This document shows, piece by piece, positions 1-8,012 of a DNA stretch of 64,000 bases. The notes below the pieces were generated by a model. The model saw only the letters and a list, made by a program, of their open reading frames with translations, had not been told where the DNA came from and ran no database searches. Source of the DNA: Candidatus Wolfebacteria bacterium GW2011_GWB1_47_1 (lineage in GTDB: Bacteria; Patescibacteriota; Minisyncoccia; UBA6257; UBA9933); the NCBI GenBank assembly GCA_001029635.1, contig CP011209.1, forward strand, positions 222,866 through 286,865, in the 5' to 3' direction. The first letter of the stretch is position 1, and every line of letters begins with the position of its first letter. The position numbers and the translations under genes were made by a program.

Positions 1-345
1 GAATCCATCTTCGACGTCATCTTTAAGAACTTCGAAGAGACGTTTAAGTTCTTGCGCACGGCAGGACAGTAACAACTCCTCATTATGCCATTTCTATGGG
101 CACATCGAATATTCTACTGAATATTCGACTCGTCCTTGCTCCGTCGAAGAATACCCAAAAGAACCCGCACGGGTTCTTTTGGGTTAAGCTAGAAATATTC
201 ACCCAACTTCGGGGTGTTATATGTGGAGGTTGAATGCACCGCAAGAGAGGTTGACTAACTCGGAGAAAAGTAGTTTAATAAAAATCAGAGTCTTTCACAA
301 AGAGACAGATACGCTGTCTTTTTATCACAACGGAGGGAGGGGCAA

Positions 346-1056
346 ATGATGAAGCGGACCTACTGGTTGGAGATGGCGGTAATGGTATTGGTGACGTTCT
401 GCGTGGGGACGGCGATGGCCGACGAAGAAAAGTGCACCGAGGGTAATTTCGCGGTATCGGAGCTGCCGGTGAATATCGAAAGCTATCCGGAACCGTGCTC
501 GCGGATCATCATGCCTGCGGATTCGCTGGTCTGGATGAAGGTCATGCGACAGCCAATTGCCGTGAAGTTCGGCGAAAATAAAGTGATCGTAAAGGAGCGG
601 ATGTTTAGGGTCGGCTCAAAACACGAGGAATTCATTCTCCGCCCGACGGAGAAATACGAATTTTACCTGAGGCCCGAGTACCACATGAAGATCTCCGATG
701 TTCCAAAACATCTTAAGGGAGGAGAAAGCGCTCTATGGTATGAGGTCATGTCGACTTCGGCGCAAGGTGAGCGGGTTGAGTTCTTGAGCGAATATCCGAC
801 CCAGGTGCTCGTCCCGCGCGGCTGCAATGTAAAGATCATGGCAAATGCCGCATTCAAGGTCCGGTATGCCGGAGAAGAGCGCGAGTGTGCAGCCGAGGAG
901 GTCGTCGCGCTCGAAGGAAAGCTCGGCGCCGACCTTGTGGAAATTTACGGCATGGACCGTGATGGTGAAGCGGTCGTGGGCGTAAGCCTCCGTAAGGTCT
1001 TGTCGCTGGAACAGGGTAAGGCCGCGCAAGCTGCAAAGAAAAAGACGACCAAGTAG
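346..1056 (+). CDS. hypothetical secreted protein (N-terminal signal peptide), GC-rich ORF
   Basis: ATG with GGAGGGAGG RBS upstream; hydrophobic N-terminus ending in an AMA cleavage-like site; rho-independent terminator directly downstream; no recognisable family. Confidence 0.55.
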   Translation: MMKRTYWLEMAVMVLVTFCVGTAMADEEKCTEGNFAVSELPVNIESYPEPCSRIIMPADSLVWMKVMRQPIAVKFGENKVIVKERMFRVGSKHEEFILRPTEKYEFYLRPEYHMKISDVPKHLKGGESALWYEVMSTSAQGERVEFLSEYPTQVLVPRGCNVKIMANAAFKVRYAGEERECAAEEVVALEGKLGADLVEIYGMDRDGEAVVGVSLRKVLSLEQGKAAQAAKKKTTK

Positions 1057-1080
1057 GTCATCGAAGTAGGGTAATCAAAT

Positions 1081-1107
1081 GCCCCGGATGTATCCGGGGC
1101 ATTTTTT
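1081..1107 (+). terminator. rho-independent terminator after 346..1056
   Basis: GCCCCGGATgtATCCGGGGC hairpin followed by a T-run. Confidence 0.7.
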
Positions 1108-1271
1108 GCGCAGAGGGCAGGACTTCAAATTGGCGTTGTGACTTGTGTTGTTACTAATAATCTGTCAGTGCAAGGAGAATGCGTAACGCGGCGAAATGTC
1201 GGGAGTGTATCTAATCAAAGCAATCCCGGTCTTGCGGAGGCGGCCAAAATAAAGCGAATCTGTCAATGTTA

Positions 1272-1288
1272 CCACCCCGGCATAAGAA
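1272..1288. repeat. 17-bp direct repeat copy 1 (CCACCCCGGCATAAGAA)
   Basis: Exact 17-bp match to 2470..2486, which is the 5' end of a truncated tRNA-like fragment. Confidence 0.6.
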
Positions 1289-1445
1289 CCTACAGCCGAT
1301 CCTTAACCGGAAATTAATACAAAGTAAAAAACTACTCGTTATTTTTCCGCGGAGGTGGGGATCCAAATTTCCGAATTTGAAGGAATGGTAAACATTCGGA
1401 GCTAGCCAATTGAGTTTGGTAAAATATTTGAAACCTATACTCAAC

Positions 1446-1483
1446 TTGCTGTCCAAATTGACGGTCGTCAATTTGGACAGCAA
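1446..1483. repeat. 38-bp perfect palindrome TTGCTGTCCAAATTGACGGTCGTCAATTTGGACAGCAA, copy 1
   Basis: Identical to 2171..2208; 18-bp arms that are exact reverse complements; flanks the 1523..2113 gene. Confidence 0.8.
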
Positions 1484-1522
1484 AAAAGAATAGCGGTATA
1501 CTAAAGAAAAATAACTTGGATC

Positions 1523-2113
1523 ATGAAATATAAATCTTCACTACTACTATTGAAAGCGATCGGTAGAGGGATAACACTTCCGCTGGATCTTTTTGATATG
1601 CTCGTAGAAAGCGGGTATGGCGCATCGGCGAGTAAAGATCGGGCCAGGAACTACGCGATAGAATTAGGGCAGGAGAGAAAAAGAACGGAAAGAGAAGTAG
1701 AGAGAAAAAGAATGAACGGGTACCATAGTCTGATCTATAAGTTAAAAAGAGACGGGCTGATTCTCGAGGAAGGCAAGGGAAATAAAAAGCGCTACTTCCT
1801 TACCGATAAGGGAGGTCAGAAGCTGGAAATACTAAAGACCAAGGAGGGATTTCCCGACCCATGGTATTCGAAGGGAAAAGGAAACCGAGTAATCATCGTG
1901 ATGTTCGATATTCCGGAAGTGCAGACAAAGAAGAGGGTATGGTTGAGGTTAGTGTTAAATAATTTGGATTTCAAAATGGCACAAAAAAGTGTGTGGATCG
2001 GAAAGACAAAGATCCCAAAGGAATTGATCGCGGATCTCGTGCGCATGCAATTGGAAAACTATGTTGAGATATTTGAGGTTGGGAGCACGGGCAATCTGAA
2101 ACACTTACTATAA
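1523..2113 (+). CDS. winged-helix (PaaX/PadR-like) N-terminal domain fused to a Cas2-like C-terminal domain; putative regulator or nuclease
   Basis: The C-terminal stretch RVIIVMFDIPEVQTKKRVWLRLVLNNLDFKMAQKSVWIG matches the Cas2 N-terminal beta-alpha-beta signature (VxVYDI..KRR.K..K.L..YG.RVQ.SV). The N-terminal part has a wHTH wing pattern (KRYFLTDKG). No cas1, array or other cas genes in the window. Confidence 0.45.
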   Translation: MKYKSSLLLLKAIGRGITLPLDLFDMLVESGYGASASKDRARNYAIELGQERKRTEREVERKRMNGYHSLIYKLKRDGLILEEGKGNKKRYFLTDKGGQKLEILKTKEGFPDPWYSKGKGNRVIIVMFDIPEVQTKKRVWLRLVLNNLDFKMAQKSVWIGKTKIPKELIADLVRMQLENYVEIFEVGSTGNLKHLL

Positions 2114-2170
2114 GAGGTAAGAAAAAAAGCCACCCATTTTTTGGGTGGGAGATTATTTCAGATATCAAAA

Positions 2171-2208
2171 TTGCTGTCCAAATTGACGGTCGTCAATTTG
2201 GACAGCAA
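2171..2208. repeat. 38-bp perfect palindrome, copy 2 (also a likely terminator for 1523..2113)
   Basis: Identical to 1446..1483; followed by TTTTG. Confidence 0.8.
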
Positions 2209-2352
2209 TTTTGAGTGTGACAGAGAGGATAAAACTGTTTGGAATATAATCAACGCCGGTGAAGCCGTTTCTCTCTAGTGATCGTATCTATTGATATAAA
2301 GGGGAATTAGTATGTTTCCGCAAAGCCGGCCTAAGGCCGAGGAAAACGAATG

Positions 2353-2434
2353 TGCCCCCAAGAGGACTCGAACCTCTAATCCTTGCGGAACCAGTTCCTA
2401 AAACTGGCGCGTCTACCAATTTCGCCATGGGGGC
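2353..2434 (-). tRNA. tRNA-Leu (anticodon TAG), type II with long variable arm
   Basis: Minus strand reads GCCCCCATGGCGAAATTGGTAGACGCGCCAGTTTTAGGAACTGG...TTCGAGTCCTCTTGGGGGCA. It has a 7-bp acceptor, anticodon stem CCAGT/ACTGG, loop TTTAGGA and a 13-nt variable arm. CCA is not encoded. Confidence 0.85.
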
Positions 2435-2439
2435 ATATG

Positions 2440-2479
2440 AAGTTTGCGAGGGCGCGTCTACCAATTTCGCCACCCCGGC
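2440..2479 (-). pseudogene. truncated tRNA-like fragment (5' half: acceptor strand GCCGGGG plus a D-arm identical to the adjacent tRNA-Leu)
   Basis: Minus strand reads GCCGGGGTGGCGAAATTGGTAGACGCGCC then diverges with no anticodon, T-arm or acceptor 3' strand. Its 5' end overlaps direct repeat copy 2 (2470..2486). Confidence 0.6.
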
Positions 2480-2639
2480 ATAAGAAACGATAGGAAAAGT
2501 ATAGACGGTGTGAGCGATTCTGTACATATTGACAAATATATAGAAAAGTGGTATATATAATAAATAAGGATGGACATTTAAAACTTCATATATAAGACGA
2601 AACCACATACAGATCGCTTAGGCGAAAGGAGAGGGTAAA

Positions 2640-3551
2640 ATGGGCACGATAATGATGATTTGCGCAGTTATAGCTTTGATAGGCGGTGCAATCCTTTGGT
2701 TCTGCCATGACTGGGTGCCGGTAGGTGACCCGGGAAAATGTAGGATCATGCGGTGGTTCGGAGCCGAGACAGGAAGGGTTCGCGGAGCTGAACCGTTCCT
2801 CGCGTGGTTCAGAGGCTTTGCGACCGACTTCGTGGAAGTCGACAGGCGGTTTGAGATCGAGGTGCCGGAATTCAAGTTTGACTGTCCGGGTGATCACATT
2901 CCTCTGACGGCATCACCGTCGTTGATCGTGGAAATCGACGACAACGGAGGAAGGCAGTTCAACCTGAGCGGCGGCAGGGAAGGTGCGAGTAAAAAAATCG
3001 CACGGATAGTAAAGACAGAGATACAAGAGTTTGCCGCTAATCCGAATGGTGAGCCAATGACGTATATGGCTGCTAAAAAGATGGGAGCCGAGTTTGTTCT
3101 TCGGGCGATAAACGAACTGGTTGATGGAGATCTCCTTGGCGACGCCGATGTGGTGGCAAACAGGGATCGATTTGTCGAAGATCTTGAAGAAGATCTGTCA
3201 GAGGGGAGCGCAAGCTTGGTTATGCCGCAATTCGGGTTGATCCTCAAGGGATTTAACCTTGGAAACTTTGCCGAGCCGAAATCGATCGCAGATGCCGAAG
3301 CGGCAAAAGTTGCTGCGGCGCGGGATGCGGAAACAAAGAAGGCAAACATCCAGGCGATGAAGGAAAGAGTTGATATTCTCACGAATGGACACACCGGCGT
3401 CTCCTTCAAGGATGCGACTATGGCGGTCCAGATCCAAGAAGGTACGATAAAGCATGACATCAAAGAGGAGATAATTCGCATCGCTGATGACGGAAACGGA
3501 CTCGGCGCACTGGCAGCTTTACTGAAAACGGCATTCGGAGGGAAGAAATAA
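2640..3551 (+). CDS. hypothetical membrane-anchored protein, possibly SPFH/band-7-like (weak)
   Basis: N-terminal TM helix; Ala/Glu/Lys-rich coiled-coil C-terminal region reminiscent of HflK/C; GC-rich; AGGAGAGGG RBS. Confidence 0.3.
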   Translation: MGTIMMICAVIALIGGAILWFCHDWVPVGDPGKCRIMRWFGAETGRVRGAEPFLAWFRGFATDFVEVDRRFEIEVPEFKFDCPGDHIPLTASPSLIVEIDDNGGRQFNLSGGREGASKKIARIVKTEIQEFAANPNGEPMTYMAAKKMGAEFVLRAINELVDGDLLGDADVVANRDRFVEDLEEDLSEGSASLVMPQFGLILKGFNLGNFAEPKSIADAEAAKVAAARDAETKKANIQAMKERVDILTNGHTGVSFKDATMAVQIQEGTIKHDIKEEIIRIADDGNGLGALAALLKTAFGGKK

Positions 3552-4096
3552 TGGAAAAGTGGAAAACGGTAGGAAGGAAGATGCTGAAGTGGGGATTGAT
3601 CGGACTACTAGTGATGATCGCGATCGCGAGAGTCACTAGTGCGGTCAAGAAGGAGAACGGAGTCGCTGCGGTTCCCGCAGAGACGGCGAAGTCCGACAGA
3701 GACTACGCCGCATCGTACAACTTCTCGAAGGTAGACGGCAAGGTGGTATCGCAGACATTCACGGTTCCCGCAGGGGGCAAGTGGGTGTACGTGGCATTGC
3801 CCGCATACTACACTGCAACCTTCTCGTCGGCAACGGCAAAGACCGGAGAGCTGGATAAGCTCGATGGTAGCAAGCCGCTGCAATTCGGGAAGCACACGAA
3901 GTTTGGCGACTTGCCTATGGCGGTTGCCATACGGGTTCCCGAGGGGTGTAAGATGACCGTGTCGATGGTGTACAACCCGACGCTAGGGGGGAACCCCCCG
4001 ACGGAGAAGGTTTCGTCAAAAAAAGAAAGGCGCATAATGCGCAAAGATCTGCCGAAGAGGGAAGAAGATATTCCAAAAACAGTGCAGATCATTTAA
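3551..4096 (+). CDS. hypothetical membrane-anchored protein (translationally coupled to 2640..3551)
   Basis: ATG overlaps the upstream stop (TAATG); single N-terminal TM; terminator downstream. Confidence 0.45.
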   Translation: MEKWKTVGRKMLKWGLIGLLVMIAIARVTSAVKKENGVAAVPAETAKSDRDYAASYNFSKVDGKVVSQTFTVPAGGKWVYVALPAYYTATFSSATAKTGELDKLDGSKPLQFGKHTKFGDLPMAVAIRVPEGCKMTVSMVYNPTLGGNPPTEKVSSKKERRIMRKDLPKREEDIPKTVQII

Positions 4097-4102
4097 ACAA
4101 AA

Positions 4103-4128
4103 GCCCCGCGCATGCGGGGCTTCTTTTT
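4103..4128. terminator. bidirectional rho-independent terminator
   Basis: GCCCCGCGCATGCGGGGC hairpin flanked by an A-run and a T-run, between convergent genes. Confidence 0.7.
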
Positions 4129-4141
4129 ATGAATAATATGG

Positions 4142-4489
4142 TTAAATGCCTGACCCTCGAGCGACTGCCTTTGCAACTTCGATGAGTCCCTTGGTGAGGG
4201 CGCCAACGACGACTGCAACGAGCGAGTAGGTGAGTGCCTGGCGAGCATCGGCAATGACCTTTGCATCTCCCTTTGCGGTAAGGAACTTGAATGCGGCAAG
4301 GAGAATATAGATCGCTGCCACTGCGATAAGGATGCCAAACATCCAATTACCAACAGTGTTCAGAATGGCGATGATCGGGTCGACTCCCGTTCCTGACGGA
4401 GCTGCCGCTCCAGGAAGGTTCTGGGCAGAGCTTACGGCCGGCAAGGCAAGTGCCGCTGCGGCCAATGAGGTTACTGATAGTTTGTTCAT
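4142..4489 (-). CDS. TrbC/VirB2-like T4SS-pilin-family small membrane protein (paralog A)
   Basis: Signal peptide ending AQ, then two hydrophobic helices separated by the short loop FKFLTAKGDAKV; ATG at 4487-4489 (the ORF-track start at 4525 is TTG). Confidence 0.5.
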   Translation of the reverse strand: MNKLSVTSLAAAALALPAVSSAQNLPGAAAPSGTGVDPIIAILNTVGNWMFGILIAVAAIYILLAAFKFLTAKGDAKVIADARQALTYSLVAVVVGALTKGLIEVAKAVARGSGI

Positions 4490-4521
4490 ATGATAAGTAT
4501 ACAAAATAGTGAGTTGTTTGT

Positions 4522-4908
4522 TCAAGGGTTAAGTCCAGTGATCAACCCCCTAAAGATACCAACGAGGCCACGGGCAAGGATGACGATAGTAAGTCCTCCA
4601 AGGGCATAGAGAATAGTCTGTCTTCCGGCGACGACCTTCTTGGAATCTCCCCGGGATGCCATGATCTGGAAGGCGCCGTAGAGGATCATTACGGCGGCAA
4701 GTGGGCTTACGACAAGGATGGCATAATCAATGATGCGATTAAGCACATCGGTGATCGTCGCATTGCCGAAGGGGCTGCCGAAGGTAACCCTGCTCGTTAC
4801 GGGAGCATTTGGGGTAACAGGGACTACGTCGCCTTGTCCCGATATTTGGGCAAAGGTAGTTGAAACACTAATGAAAAAGGCTAGCAGTGCTGCAGTGATT
4901 GAATACAT
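4522..4908 (-). CDS. TrbC/VirB2-like T4SS-pilin-family small membrane protein (paralog B)
   Basis: Signal peptide MYSITAALLAFFISVSTTFAQ; motif YGAFQIMASRGDSKKV aligns with paralogs A and C; start trimmed to the in-frame ATG at 4906-4908. Confidence 0.5.
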   Translation of the reverse strand: MYSITAALLAFFISVSTTFAQISGQGDVVPVTPNAPVTSRVTFGSPFGNATITDVLNRIIDYAILVVSPLAAVMILYGAFQIMASRGDSKKVVAGRQTILYALGGLTIVILARGLVGIFRGLITGLNP

Positions 4909-4988
4909 ATAGTATAGTATATCGCAAACAAGAAATAGTGTGAAGTAAAAACCCCCACAGTTTGAACTGCGGGGGTTTAAAAAACCAA

Positions 4989-5390
4989 TTACTGACATTG
5001 AAGCGTTCTCCAGGGAGTGCCGTAGATATCCCCCGACCCTGTCAATGCGCGCATAAACATGTCGACCAGAAACCACGCGGAAAGGACTATGGCAAGACCC
5101 AGAAGCGCTTGCGTGATATGATTCTGCCCCTTTTTATAAAGAGTTGGATTTGCCCCAGAAATAAGCATCTGATACCCACCAAATATAATATAGGCAACAG
5201 CAAGGATAATTGTCAGTTGCACGGCGAAGTCATACACTGCCTTTATGGTGGAAAATAACGTGCACAGGGTGCAGGATGCGGGATTACTTTCGTCGCATTT
5301 AACAAGGCCACTCTGTGCGAAGACAACCGGTGCGGAAACGAATAAGGCTAAGGTCAACGAAAGGAATGTGGGGAAAAATAGTTTTTTCAT
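4989..5390 (-). CDS. TrbC/VirB2-like T4SS-pilin-family small membrane protein (paralog C)
   Basis: Signal peptide ...VVFAQ; motif FGGYQMLISGANPTLYKKG; starts 6 nt downstream of the SBP gene stop; rho-independent terminator downstream on the minus strand. Confidence 0.5.
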   Translation of the reverse strand: MKKLFFPTFLSLTLALFVSAPVVFAQSGLVKCDESNPASCTLCTLFSTIKAVYDFAVQLTIILAVAYIIFGGYQMLISGANPTLYKKGQNHITQALLGLAIVLSAWFLVDMFMRALTGSGDIYGTPWRTLQCQ

Positions 5391-5396
5391 CGAAGT

Positions 5397-6680
5397 TTAA
5401 AAGAGATTATTGATTTCGACCGATGCCCGCTGGAGGGCGTCTTGTGTATCAAATTGGCCGGTGAGAATGCTTTCAACGGCGCGAGAAAGGGCTGTTCGAT
5501 ATCCCTCGACTTCGTACTGGAAAGGAGCTCGAGCAGTGAGTGATTGGCGCGCGAATACGCCGAGACGCGGATCGCGGAGTGATTCATTGATGAGTGATCG
5601 AAGTGCCGGGGGATTGTTTGATGACTGCAGATAGGTCGACGCAAGTGTGGAGTCGGTGGTCATATCAATAACAGCCTTCCATGCCCATTGAAGATTTGGG
5701 CTTTTTGCTGAAACGGCAAGCCCCCAATAATCGGCATAGTTTGTCGGATTGGATACGCTTTGTTGGGGCATCGGGAAAATGTCGAACGAAAGGTATGGAT
5801 TTTTTTGCACGAGTGCCGGGATTTCTCGCGAGTAGGTAATCGTCATTGCGACATCTTCTGAACCAAATGCGTTGTCGGCATTGGCAAACGAATCACTCCA
5901 GGTATAGTTGGGATTGTTGGGAGTTGCAAATTGAGCATAAAAGTCGATAGCCTTTTGCGCATGTTCATCAAAGGAAGTACGTTGTCCGGTTGTTTCAAGG
6001 TTACTTGAACCGAATTGGAACATGAGGAGCGACATAATATCAGGAGCATTTGGAATGGATTTCTGTGTCCCCCCTATTGCGATCGCGGACTTCTTTAGCT
6101 GTTTGCCCGCAGTGAATTCGGTAAAGTAAGGAATGAGGGTTTTAATGTCGGCCCAGGTCGCAGGTGCGACTGCTACTCCCTTCTTATTAAAGAGCTCTTT
6201 GTTGTAGATAAGCGCCGGGGTATCGATGTACAACGGAAGGGCAAAGACATAATCCAGATAGACGAAATCACGATAGACGACATCGGGGAAAAGAGAACGC
6301 ACCTCAGAAGGCTGGATCTGAGGATAATCGGCAGCCATAATCTTGTCGCTATACCGTTGAACCCAGCTGCGATGGATCATGAGGATATCCGGCGCCTGCC
6401 CGGTTGCGAAGGCATTAAGGATGGTGCGCTCATACCGGTCTTCCGGTATTTGCGTATAGCGAAGCGCGACATTGGGATGCGCTGCGGTATATTGGGTTGC
6501 AAGCTGGGAGAAATTGGACGAATCTTCAACCCCCCAGACGGTTAGGGCTATTTTTGATGTCGGTTCATTGGAACTCCCTTGCTGTAATGAAGGAATAAGA
6601 AAAATAAAAATCCCGACAAATAAGGCGATGGTGAGGATGACCCCCCCGATGATCATAAGCTGGTTCCGTGTAAATTGCAT
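5397..6680 (-). CDS. ABC transporter substrate-binding protein, family 1 (sugar-type), membrane-anchored, orphan
   Basis: N-terminal TM anchor, then an SBP_bac_1-like sequence (TVWGVEDSS..., YNKELFNKKGV..., WADI); no permease or ATPase genes adjacent. Confidence 0.7.
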   Translation of the reverse strand: MQFTRNQLMIIGGVILTIALFVGIFIFLIPSLQQGSSNEPTSKIALTVWGVEDSSNFSQLATQYTAAHPNVALRYTQIPEDRYERTILNAFATGQAPDILMIHRSWVQRYSDKIMAADYPQIQPSEVRSLFPDVVYRDFVYLDYVFALPLYIDTPALIYNKELFNKKGVAVAPATWADIKTLIPYFTEFTAGKQLKKSAIAIGGTQKSIPNAPDIMSLLMFQFGSSNLETTGQRTSFDEHAQKAIDFYAQFATPNNPNYTWSDSFANADNAFGSEDVAMTITYSREIPALVQKNPYLSFDIFPMPQQSVSNPTNYADYWGLAVSAKSPNLQWAWKAVIDMTTDSTLASTYLQSSNNPPALRSLINESLRDPRLGVFARQSLTARAPFQYEVEGYRTALSRAVESILTGQFDTQDALQRASVEINNLF

Positions 6681-6771
6681 ATGTGTATAGTATAAACCAA
6701 CAACCTACGACCAACAACCGACAACCTGATGGCTTGTCTACGAGATAAGGGTCTCGTATACTTAAGTCGAT

Positions 6772-7599
6772 ATGTTTAAGGAAAAAATAAAAGATCTCGG
6801 GCGCCGTATGACGGGCGAGGGGCCGGAGGTAATATTCAAACAGGAGGTCGCGCGATACGAAGCGATGCATGGTGTATCGCACGAGGCTGCGGAGAAGGCA
6901 TTATTTCTCGATCGATTTAATGCACTACAGCACGAACTCACCTATAACAGGGCGATCAGCGATGAAACACATCGCGCATTTGTCGCCAGTCTCAATGAAG
7001 TGTTTGGGAAAAACGGTGTCGCCGATATGAAGCGCGATTCGGCGACACCGATCTATCGGGCACTACTACTTTCGCCTGCATCACTGGCGGAGTTTAATCA
7101 GACGGCAAATTATTTTAAGACGAAGTTTGAAAATAAAGTACCAGGTGTAGCCGTCGTGAAGGACTGTGCGGAAAATAAAAAGATAATAGAAGCACTCAGC
7201 ACGCGCTTTATGGGAGATCCGTCGCTTGCCGGCGTAGGCGATCTGGAAGCGCTTATCGCGGCACATCCGGAACTGGGTGCCGACCTGGGGAAGATCCTAT
7301 CCGCCAAGGAACTGTCCGATATGCATGAACGGAGGTTTGAAGCGGGGATTCGGTTTAATCGATCAATGGAAACGCTCGGGAATACGGCTCGGGAATCATT
7401 AGGAACCATGGTATGGAAGGCTCCGAGTGAATGGTGGAAGGTGGTTGGCAAGAGCGGGGAGAAATTGAACTTCGAGTATTGCGCAAAAACGACCATCGCA
7501 ACTGCAAAGCTGCTTCATAAGGAGGGGAAGGCGGGAACAAAACTGTTGGTCGAAGCGGCAAAGACGGCAAAGGCATATATTGATAAGACACGAACATGA
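6772..7599 (+). CDS. hypothetical protein (first gene of a three-gene operon)
   Basis: ATG start; soluble, no recognisable motifs; stop overlaps the next start. Confidence 0.5.
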   Translation: MFKEKIKDLGRRMTGEGPEVIFKQEVARYEAMHGVSHEAAEKALFLDRFNALQHELTYNRAISDETHRAFVASLNEVFGKNGVADMKRDSATPIYRALLLSPASLAEFNQTANYFKTKFENKVPGVAVVKDCAENKKIIEALSTRFMGDPSLAGVGDLEALIAAHPELGADLGKILSAKELSDMHERRFEAGIRFNRSMETLGNTARESLGTMVWKAPSEWWKVVGKSGEKLNFEYCAKTTIATAKLLHKEGKAGTKLLVEAAKTAKAYIDKTRT

Positions 7600-7997
7600 G
7601 CACAAAGAGCGAAATACGACAATTGATCACGCAATCATTCCTTTCGCAAGCACGAAAGGGAGAATTGTTGGACCTGCTCGTAGAGCAGGGGGATGACGAA
7701 AAATTCTTCGCGACCCTGAACGAGTACATCGCGGATGCGATGCAGGAAAAGAGTGTCCAGTATAAAGAAATGATCCGTGGGTTCGACGAGGGCGCGGCAC
7801 GGATCGATGCGCATCATATGGCTGAAGAAGAGTTTGCACTCAAAACATTGGAGTCTGCGATGAGCGGGTTGGCTATGGATGATATCGCGGGAAAGAAAGA
7901 AGCATGGGATACATATTATGCTGCGGTCGAACGATCGGAGCGGGCATATGAGCGATCGCTGCGACAGCTGGCAGGGGATATGGTAATGGCGCACTAA
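7596..7997 (+). CDS. hypothetical small acidic protein
   Basis: ATGA overlap with the upstream gene; no recognisable motifs. Confidence 0.5.
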   Translation: MSTKSEIRQLITQSFLSQARKGELLDLLVEQGDDEKFFATLNEYIADAMQEKSVQYKEMIRGFDEGAARIDAHHMAEEEFALKTLESAMSGLAMDDIAGKKEAWDTYYAAVERSERAYERSLRQLAGDMVMAH

Positions 7998-8012
7998 GGA
8001 GATAAAATATAC

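Noticed and set aside
1211-1483. ORF-track minus-strand ORF overlapping the palindrome
   Set aside because: It has no RBS, runs through a repeat element and has an implausible composition. It is likely spurious.
1446-2208. Possible CRISPR array near the Cas2-like gene
   Set aside because: Only two copies of the 38-bp palindrome exist. They are 688 bp apart and flank a gene, not short unique spacers, and no further repeats appear anywhere in the window.
2440-2479. Second functional tRNA adjacent to tRNA-Leu
   Set aside because: It has an acceptor 5' strand and D-arm only, with no anticodon stem, T-arm or 3' acceptor strand. It is treated as a truncated fragment or integration scar.
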